Below, in pieces: positions 9,719 to 15,734 of a DNA stretch of 32,000 nt; position 1 is the first letter of the stretch; each line of letters opens with the position of its first letter. Under the pieces are notes generated by a model. That model was not told where the DNA came from, did not search any database, and saw only the letters and a program-made list of their open reading frames with translations. The position numbers and the translations under genes were made by a program. The DNA is from Pseudodesulfovibrio mercurii (lineage in GTDB: Bacteria > Desulfobacterota > Desulfovibrionia > Desulfovibrionales > Desulfovibrionaceae), in NCBI RefSeq assembly GCF_000189295.2, contig NC_016803.1, positions 1,050,001 to 1,082,000 of the forward strand, given 5' to 3'.

Positions 9719-9804
9719 GTCGACTCCTGAAGTGGGTTTTCTTGTTTGAAACGGTAGACAACGTGACCTGTTGATATGAACATACGGGCACTTCGGACAA
9801 GCGA

Positions 9805-9830
9805 GTCACGCGATCACCCAAACGCGTGAC
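9805..9830. repeat. Perfect 8-bp inverted repeat GTCACGCG-N10-CGCGTGAC in the modA upstream/leader region
   Basis: Read directly from the sequence, 87-112 nt upstream of the modA ATG. Function unknown (operator or leader hairpin). Confidence 0.5.
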
Positions 9831-9957
9831 GAAATTGCGACGGCCGTTTTCCGGCACCTTTGAGGCCGCGTCCGCCAACGCCCCGGCGAAGCGAAAAATG
9901 TTGAAATAATGCTTGCCAACGGCCCGGTTCTTTTATAGACATTCTCTTCCCGACCGT

Positions 9958-10044
9958 GCCGAAGTGGTGGAATTGGTAGACACGCATGGTTCAGGACCAT
10001 GTGGCCGTTCGGCCGTGGAAGTTCGAGTCTTCTCTTCGGCACCA
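9958..10044 (+). tRNA. tRNA-Leu (anticodon CAG), class II with long variable arm, CCA encoded
   Basis: Hand-folded cloverleaf. Acceptor GCCGAAG/CTTCGGC, D-arm GTG-GAATTGGTAGA-CAC, anticodon stem CATGG/CCATG with loop TTCAGGA. Variable arm GGCCGTTCGGCC, T-arm GGAAG-TTCGAGT-CTTCT, then ACCA. Confidence 0.9.
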
Positions 10045-10054
10045 GAAAGAACAA

Positions 10055-10085
10055 GGGCCGCGACCTGCAGGTTGCGGCCCTTTTT
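10055..10085 (+). terminator. Rho-independent terminator after tRNA-Leu
   Basis: GGGCCGC-GACCTGCAGGTT-GCGGCCC followed by TTTTT. Confidence 0.65.
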
Positions 10086-10246
10086 CCGTTCCGTTGCATT
10101 CCTGCGACGTCCCGCCCGCCCTCCTCACAATAATGGACAGATGAAAGGAATTCGGATAGATGCCTGCTTCGCGGCGATCAGTTAGCATTCTCGCTTGGCG
10201 GGATGTCGGCTCGGTGCTCGCGGGTGCCCCGGCCCCTTGCCCGACT

Positions 10247-10275
10247 TTACGAAATGCCGCCCATGACCATATAGT
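10247..10275 (+). promoter_or_regulatory. Candidate sigma-70 promoter for the MCP gene
   Basis: TTACGA, a 17-nt spacer, then TATAGT, about 60 nt upstream of the ATG at 10334. Confidence 0.35.
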
Positions 10276-10333
10276 ATTGTCCCGAAATGGACGATACACC
10301 GTTATCGAGCGATTCAAATAAGTTGAGGATTCC

Positions 10334-12139
10334 ATGTTCGCCAATTTGAGCCTGAAGGTCAAAGTGCTGGCCCTGGCCCTGCTCGGGCCGGTCATCGTCG
10401 CCCTGGTGCTGTCCGTGCACCAGGCCATCAAGATTCGCAGCGATGCCGAAACCGGCATCGTCCAACAGAGCCGGGCGCTCATCCTCATGGCCGAGGCCGC
10501 CCGGAACGAAATGGCCAAAAAGCTCAACATGGGCATCATCGTGCCCTTCGACCAGCTCGGCTCCCAGGAAAAGCTCCTGGAGTCCATCCCGGTCATCACC
10601 GCCATCAACATCGCCAAGCAGCAGGCCAGGAAGCTGAACTACAACTTCCGTGTTCCCAAGGTCGCGCCGCGCAACCCGGTGAACAAGCCCACGCCCATTG
10701 AGGAACAGGTCCTGGCCGAACTCAAGGCCAAGGACCTGAAAGAAAAGATCCTCATCGAAAACAATGAAATACGCTACTTCCGGCCCATCCGCCTGACCAA
10801 GGAATGCCTCTACTGCCACGGCGACAACAAGGGCGACCGCGACCCGGTGGGCGGGGTCAAGGAAGGCTGGAAGGAAGGCGAGATCCACGGCGCGTTCGAG
10901 ATCATCACCTCCCTGGACGAGGTCAACGCCAGCGTGGCCAAGGCCGAACTCTTCGCCGCGGGCGAGACCCTGGCCGTGCTCCTGGCCGTGGGCATCCTGG
11001 TCTGGGTCCTGGTCAAGCTGATCATCGTCGGCCCGCTCTTCCGCATCCGGACCTACGCCAAGGCCGTGGCCGAGGGCGACATCGAGGCCCGGCCCGAGGG
11101 CCACTTCGCCGCCGAACTGGGCGTGGTCAAGGAGGCCATCCAAACCATGGTCGGCAACCTCAAGGCCAAGATGTTCGAGGCCGCCCAGAAGCAGGACGAG
11201 GCCGAACACGCCCAGGGCCGCGCCGAACGGGCCATGGAGGAGGCCAAGGCCCAGGAGACCAGGACCAACGGGCTGCTGACCACCATGCAGCGCATCGCGG
11301 GCGAGGCCTCGCTCATCGCCGAACAGGTCACCTCGGCGGCCGACGAACTCTCCTCCCAGGCCGACCAGGTCAGCCGGGGCGCGGACGTCCAGCGCGACCG
11401 CACCACCCAGACCGCCACAGCCATGGAAGAGATGAACGCCACGGTCCTCGAAGTGGCCCGCAACTCCTCCGACTCCGCCGAATCCGCGGCCAACGCCCGG
11501 ACCCAGGCCCAGGAGGGCGCCAAGGTCGTGCGCCAGGCCATCGACGCCATCCGCGAGGTCCACGACCTGACCGCCACCCTCAAGCAGTCCATGGGCCAGC
11601 TCGGCAACCAGACCACCGACATCGGCCAGATCATGAACGTCATCGAGGACATCGCCGACCAGACCAACCTGCTGGCCCTGAACGCGGCCATCGAGGCCGC
11701 CCGCGCGGGCGAGGCCGGTCGCGGCTTCGCCGTGGTCGCGGACGAGGTCCGCAAGCTGGCCGAAAAGACCATGGCCGCCACCAAGGAGGTCGGCGACGCC
11801 ATCCAGGTCATCCAGGACGCGGCCTCGGCCAACATCCGCAGCGTGGATCACGCGGCCCTGGCCGTGGAACAGGCCACCGACCTGGCCAACCGGTCCGGCG
11901 AGGCCCTGGAATCCATCGTCCAGTACGCCGACGACACCTCGGGCCGGGTGCAGTCCATCGCCACGGCGGCCGAGGAACAGTCCGCCGCGTCCGAGGAAAT
12001 CAACCGCGCCGTGGACGACATCAACCTCATCGCCTCGGAGACCGCCGAGGGCATGAACCAGTCCGCCGAGGCCATCAACGAACTGGCCCGGCTGTCGAAC
12101 CAGCTCCTCAAACTCATCGAGGAGATGAACGCCCACTAG
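10334..12139 (+). CDS. Methyl-accepting chemotaxis protein with a periplasmic c-type-heme (CxxCH) sensor domain
   Basis: 601 aa. TM1 [18 protein letters not shown], a periplasmic region of about 190 aa containing CLYCH (10805-10819), and TM2 [24 protein letters not shown] domain is followed by the conserved MCP hairpin [43 protein letters not shown]. Confidence 0.9.
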   Translation: MFANLSLKVKVLALALLGPVIVALVLSVHQAIKIRSDAETGIVQQSRALILMAEAARNEMAKKLNMGIIVPFDQLGSQEKLLESIPVITAINIAKQQARKLNYNFRVPKVAPRNPVNKPTPIEEQVLAELKAKDLKEKILIENNEIRYFRPIRLTKECLYCHGDNKGDRDPVGGVKEGWKEGEIHGAFEIITSLDEVNASVAKAELFAAGETLAVLLAVGILVWVLVKLIIVGPLFRIRTYAKAVAEGDIEARPEGHFAAELGVVKEAIQTMVGNLKAKMFEAAQKQDEAEHAQGRAERAMEEAKAQETRTNGLLTTMQRIAGEASLIAEQVTSAADELSSQADQVSRGADVQRDRTTQTATAMEEMNATVLEVARNSSDSAESAANARTQAQEGAKVVRQAIDAIREVHDLTATLKQSMGQLGNQTTDIGQIMNVIEDIADQTNLLALNAAIEAARAGEAGRGFAVVADEVRKLAEKTMAATKEVGDAIQVIQDAASANIRSVDHAALAVEQATDLANRSGEALESIVQYADDTSGRVQSIATAAEEQSAASEEINRAVDDINLIASETAEGMNQSAEAINELARLSNQLLKLIEEMNAH

Positions 12140-12160
12140 GGCTCACCGCCACAGACGACA

Positions 12161-12197
12161 AGAGGCGCGGAGCACATTGCCCCGCGCCTCTTTTTTT
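12161..12197 (+). terminator. Rho-independent terminator after the MCP gene
   Basis: AGAGGCGCGG-N11-CCGCGCCTCT (10-bp perfect stem) running into TTTTTTT. Confidence 0.7.
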
Positions 12198-12231
12198 CTT
12201 CGGCGAACGCGCCCCGGGGGGCGTCGCCGCC

Positions 12232-12999
12232 CTACCGCCAGTCGGCCAGCCCGTAGCGCTTGAGGAGGGCCTTCAGCCGCCCCGACTTCCGCAGGGCCCG
12301 CATGCCCTTGTCGAACAGGGCGGCGTGCCGGGCGGACCGGGGATCGGCGGGCGAAAACGCGATGTAGAGCTTCACGGGGGCGCCGTCGTTTCCGGCGTAC
12401 TCGACGGCATCCCCGAGATGCCGGGTATGGATGAGGTAACGGATGACCTGCCCGTCGTCGGCGATGACGTCCAGCCGCCCTTCCACCAGCAGCCGGAGGT
12501 TGTGCTCGGCGGGCTTTTCCCTGGCGGTGCGGTAGATATCCATCCCGTCCTTGTGGGCCTTCAGATACGCGGCCATGTCCGGGGCCAGGGAATACCCGGC
12601 CGGGATTCCCAGGTGCCTGCCCAGGAGCGACTCCGGCCCCCGGTACCGCCAGGGATCGCCGGCCCGCACGTAAAAATCGAAGTGGTCCAGGCCGATCTCC
12701 TCTTCCGGGAAGACGAACCCCTCCGCCTCGTCGTCGGCCGCGCCGATGACCACCGAGACGTGCCCCCGGCGGCCCTCCTCCACAGCGCGCTCCCAGCCCA
12801 TGAGGCGATAGTCCACCGCGATCCCGGCCGGTTCGAACACGGCCCGCAGGATGTCCACGACATATCCCTCGCGGAGGGCGCCCGGAACGCAGTTGAACGG
12901 GCACCACTCGTCCGAGGCCGCGATGATCGACTCGGCGTGCGCCGTTGAGAGGGAGCAAAAGGCCATCGCCAGACAGAGGAGAAGGACCAGTGTGTGCAT
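12232..12999 (-). CDS. Orphan periplasmic solute-binding protein (family 3 SBP-like)
   Basis: I start it at ATG 12999, giving signal peptide MHTLVLLLCLAMAFCSLSTAHA, rather than the track start at 13068. Mature part has the SBP_bac_3-like layout (W.PF...G...GYVVDIL..., LVEGRLDVIADD, YIAFS). No permease or ATPase gene is adjacent. Confidence 0.65.
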   Translation of the reverse strand: MHTLVLLLCLAMAFCSLSTAHAESIIAASDEWCPFNCVPGALREGYVVDILRAVFEPAGIAVDYRLMGWERAVEEGRRGHVSVVIGAADDEAEGFVFPEEEIGLDHFDFYVRAGDPWRYRGPESLLGRHLGIPAGYSLAPDMAAYLKAHKDGMDIYRTAREKPAEHNLRLLVEGRLDVIADDGQVIRYLIHTRHLGDAVEYAGNDGAPVKLYIAFSPADPRSARHAALFDKGMRALRKSGRLKALLKRYGLADWR

Positions 13000-13077
13000 G
13001 GCCCAACTATCCATCCGGACGACGTGCAACGAAATTATAATCTCGCGGGTACGCGCCCCCCTGCGCACGCCCCGCCC

Positions 13078-13106
13078 TTGTCAATGCCCGCATGTTTCAT
13101 TATGGT
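13078..13106 (+). promoter_or_regulatory. Candidate sigma-70 promoter for the PAS-AAA+ regulator gene
   Basis: TTGTCA, a 17-nt spacer, then TATGGT, 41 nt upstream of ATG 13147. The spacer contains a TGTTTCAT motif copy. Confidence 0.3.
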
Positions 13107-13146
13107 TCACGGACCGACGAACCCACGTGCAACACAGGGGAATTTC

Positions 13147-14535
13147 ATGTCCATAGCCGATCCGGCCGCGCTGATACGGAGTCTGTCGAACAAGCAGGGG
13201 CTTGCGGCCCTGCTCGACGTGTTGCCGTTGGGCGTGGCCATCATGGACCGGGACGGCACCCTGCTGGCGGTGAACCGGAACTACGAGTCCCTGACCGGGG
13301 TGACGGGCGAGCAGGTACTGGGCATCCGCTGCCTGCACGCCCTGCGTTCGGACTACTGTATGCGCAGCTGCCCGGTGCTGGGCGGGTGGACGGACAAACG
13401 CACGCGCACCGTGGAGGCGAACATCATCAACCGCGAGCGGGAGAAGGTCAGCGTGCATCTGACCCTGGCCCCGCTGGTGGCCGAGGACGGGTCCATCCGG
13501 GGGGTCATCGAGACCCTGATGCCCGCCTCGGTGCACGCCCTGGACGAGATCGTCAGCGGAGTTTCGGGCCTGGGCGAACTGGTGGGACGCAGCCCGGAGG
13601 TGCGCAAGATCTTCGCCATGACCCCGTCCATCGCCCAGACGGATTCGCCGGTGCTGATCACGGGCGAGACCGGCACGGGCAAGGACATGCTGGCCGAGGA
13701 GATCCACAAGGAGTCGGACCGGGACGGCCCGTTCGTCAAAGTCAACTGCGGGGCCCTGCCGGTGCCCCTGCTGGAATCCGAACTGTTCGGACACGTCAAG
13801 AACGCCCTGCCCGGAGCGGACCACGCCAAGCCCGGCCGGCTGCGCATGGCCCACGGCGGGTCGCTGTTCATCACCGAGATCGGGGACCTGCCCCTGCCGT
13901 TACAGACCAAACTCCTGGCCTACATGGACGACCACGCGGTCCGGCCCATCGGGTCCACCAAGGTGGTCCACACGGACGTGCGCATCATGGCCGCCAGCCA
14001 CTACGACCTGGAGGACATGGTCCGGCACAAGCGGTTCCGGCGGGACCTGCTCTACCGGCTGAACGTCATCCGCCTGCACCTGCCGCCCCTGCGCGAGCGG
14101 GGCGAGGATCTGCTGCTGTTGCAGGACCACTTCCTAAAGATGTTCCAGGTGCGCTACGGCAAAAAGGTGGACCGTTTCTCCAAGAACGTGGAGACACTGC
14201 TGCGGTCCTACGAATTTCCGGGCAACATCCGGGAGCTGCGCAACCTGATCGAATACGCGGTCAACTTCTGCGACACCAACGTGGTCCGCATGCGCCACCT
14301 GCCGGGCTACCTGCTCCACGGGCCGAACCTGCCCGAGAACCTGTCCGTGCCGCCCCGGCCGGTGGAGGCGGGCGCGGTCCGGGCGGCCCCCCCCGAGCGC
14401 TGGGAGGACGTGCAGCGCAAGATGATCCTGGAGGCCCTGGTCAAGACCGGCGGCCGCAAGACCAAGGCGGCCGAGCTGCTGGGCTGGGGCCGCTCCACCC
14501 TGTGGCGCAAGATGAAACACTTCGGCATCGAGTAG
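13147..14535 (+). CDS. PAS-domain AAA+ transcriptional regulator of the sigma-54 enhancer-binding-protein (EBP) family, with a degenerate GAFTGA loop
   Basis: Start chosen at ATG 13147 (AGGGG upstream, MSIADP...). PAS region, Walker A GETGTGKD, Walker B GGSLFITEIGDL, RFRRDLLYRL, C-terminal Fis-type HTH AAELLGWGRSTLWRKMKHFGI. ESELFGHVKNALPGA replaces the usual ...GAFTGA. Confidence 0.85.
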   Translation: MSIADPAALIRSLSNKQGLAALLDVLPLGVAIMDRDGTLLAVNRNYESLTGVTGEQVLGIRCLHALRSDYCMRSCPVLGGWTDKRTRTVEANIINREREKVSVHLTLAPLVAEDGSIRGVIETLMPASVHALDEIVSGVSGLGELVGRSPEVRKIFAMTPSIAQTDSPVLITGETGTGKDMLAEEIHKESDRDGPFVKVNCGALPVPLLESELFGHVKNALPGADHAKPGRLRMAHGGSLFITEIGDLPLPLQTKLLAYMDDHAVRPIGSTKVVHTDVRIMAASHYDLEDMVRHKRFRRDLLYRLNVIRLHLPPLRERGEDLLLLQDHFLKMFQVRYGKKVDRFSKNVETLLRSYEFPGNIRELRNLIEYAVNFCDTNVVRMRHLPGYLLHGPNLPENLSVPPRPVEAGAVRAAPPERWEDVQRKMILEALVKTGGRKTKAAELLGWGRSTLWRKMKHFGIE

Positions 14536-14540
14536 GTCCC

Positions 14541-14879
14541 ATGGAAAACATCCTCATTCCGCTCATGGACAACGAGCTGTCCCCCCGCTTCGACCTCGCG
14601 CCCGAGGTGCTGATCATCTCCATCACCCGCGAGACCAGCGCCATGGGCACCCTGAGCGAGCGGGTCATCAACTTCGAGACCCCATCGGCCGAGGCCATGT
14701 ACCGGCTGGTCATGGCCGAAAACATCCAGACCATCATCTGCGCGGGCATGGAGAAGGAGGTCTACGAATTTCTCAAACGCAAGGGGATCAAGGTCCTGGA
14801 CAACGTCTGCGGTCCCGTGGACCCCATTCTCGAGGCCTATCTGGCCGGACACCTCTCTTCCGGCCAAAATTATTTCTGA
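14541..14879 (+). CDS. NifX/NifB-C-terminal-like (dinitrogenase FeMo-cofactor-binding family) small protein
   Basis: 112-aa ORF with ATG 5 nt after the regulator stop. Pattern ILIPL.D..LSPRF..AP...I.......E...........L....IQTIICAGMEKEVYEFLKRKGIKV is typical of this ribonuclease-H-like cofactor-binding fold. It is embedded in the longer out-of-context track ORF 13092..14879. Confidence 0.65.
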   Translation: MENILIPLMDNELSPRFDLAPEVLIISITRETSAMGTLSERVINFETPSAEAMYRLVMAENIQTIICAGMEKEVYEFLKRKGIKVLDNVCGPVDPILEAYLAGHLSSGQNYF

Positions 14880-14892
14880 CCCGCCGAACAGT

Positions 14893-14923
14893 ACCATTTT
14901 GTTTCATTCTGATACAAAATGGT
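14893..14923. promoter_or_regulatory. Perfect 10-bp inverted repeat ACCATTTTGT-N11-ACAAAATGGT (candidate operator/UAS)
   Basis: Read directly. AT-rich and without a U-tract, so a poor intrinsic terminator. Sits in a 37-42% GC island upstream of the CBS-DASS-NhaB operon. Confidence 0.4.
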
Positions 14924-14983
14924 GTTCCAAAACAGTCCCAAAATGTTTCATTTCGTTCTTGCGAAAAGTTTCACGTGATACTC

Positions 14984-15012
14984 TTGACGCAAAGAACCAA
15001 TTGCTATCTATA
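14984..15012 (+). promoter_or_regulatory. Candidate sigma-70 promoter for the CBS/DASS/NhaB operon
   Basis: TTGACG at 14984-14989, a 17-nt spacer, then TCTATA. Alternative -10 boxes TATCTA and TATAGA overlap. About 170 nt upstream of ATG 15186. Confidence 0.25.
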
Positions 15013-15185
15013 GAAACGCGGACCAAATGATCGTCTCAGGCCGTGAACTCCGTTCGGGCCGCATCGATGGGGGTCGATGCCGATCGGCCGGTCCGGGGCC
15101 GTGTTTCACGAGCGGACGCCCCGCTTCACCTCGGGACGGGCGTCCCAGGCATGTGCAAACAGTACTTCTTGGGAGGAAGGATAGT

Positions 15186-15707
15186 ATGAAAGTCAAGGAA
15201 CTGATGATTCCGGTGGACAACTACCTGACGCTGGGCACGGATGCCTCGCTCGGCGACGTGGCCTCCACGCTCAAGAGCGGCGGGCACCGGGACATCCTCA
15301 TCGTGGACGAACAGGGCGCCTTCGCCGGGGTCCTGAGCATGTCCGACATGATCACCGCGTTGGAACCCAACTACAAGAAACTTTTCAAGAAAGACCTGTC
15401 CAGCGACACCCTGTCCAACCGCTATGTCGCCGAGCAGTTCAAGGAATTCAATCTCTGGACGGACACCCTGACCAACATCTGCGCCCGAGGCGTGCAGATC
15501 AAGGTCACGGACGCCATGCACATCCCCGAGGAAGACCAATACATAGATGAGGACAGCGACATCGAATACGGCGTGCACATGTACATGATCGGCACGCCCC
15601 AGCCGCTGATCGTCCGCGACAACGGCCGGGTCACCGGCGTGCTGCGCATGTCCGACGTCTTCAACGAAATCATCGGCCGCATGAACACCTGCGCCATGGC
15701 CGACTAG
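15186..15707 (+). CDS. CBS-pair domain protein
   Basis: Start chosen at ATG 15186 with GGGAGGAAGG upstream. The track's N-terminal extension is Arg/Gly/Pro junk. Two CBS motifs (VKELMIPVDNYLTLG...ILIVDEQGAFAGVLSMSDMITAL and VTDAMH...PLIVRDNGRVTGVLRMSDVFNEII). Confidence 0.8.
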   Translation: MKVKELMIPVDNYLTLGTDASLGDVASTLKSGGHRDILIVDEQGAFAGVLSMSDMITALEPNYKKLFKKDLSSDTLSNRYVAEQFKEFNLWTDTLTNICARGVQIKVTDAMHIPEEDQYIDEDSDIEYGVHMYMIGTPQPLIVRDNGRVTGVLRMSDVFNEIIGRMNTCAMAD

Positions 15708-15734
15708 GCCATCCGGTCCAACGAGGAGATACAC

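Noticed and set aside
9958-10330. tRNA-Leu as an integration site for a genomic island or prophage.
   Set aside because: No integrase gene is present, and I saw no direct repeat of the tRNA 3' end downstream. The next gene (the MCP) has native GC and its own promoter and terminator.
10247-12948. ORFs 10247..12136(-) of 629 aa and 10804..12948(+) of 714 aa, overlapping the MCP and SBP genes.
   Set aside because: They are shadow ORFs. The MCP frame carries the canonical signalling hairpin, while these frames are Gly/Arg/Pro repeats.
12994-13146. Longer N-terminal extensions offered by the ORF track. These are the EBP gene from 12994, the SBP gene from 13068, the CBS gene from 15027, the beta-helix gene from 17273, the Dabb gene from 21668, the kinase gene from 21803 and tag from 25877.
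   Set aside because: The extensions are low-complexity or run into the upstream gene or a divergent promoter. Internal starts with SD sequences give canonical N-termini such as signal peptides or the family-typical first strand.
14893-14923. The 10-bp inverted repeat as the intrinsic terminator of the regulator/NifX-like operon.
   Set aside because: The stem is A/U-rich with an 11-nt loop and is followed by GUUCCAAAAC rather than a U-run. I keep it as a possible operator, although a weak 3'-end hairpin cannot be fully excluded.
14880-15185. An expected sigma-54 (-24/-12) promoter downstream of the EBP-family regulator.
   Set aside because: I scanned every GG in the region for GG-N10-GC with a TTGC-like -12 element and found none. 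Only a sigma-70-like TTGACG box is present. This absence is used as supporting evidence for the degenerate-GAFTGA finding.
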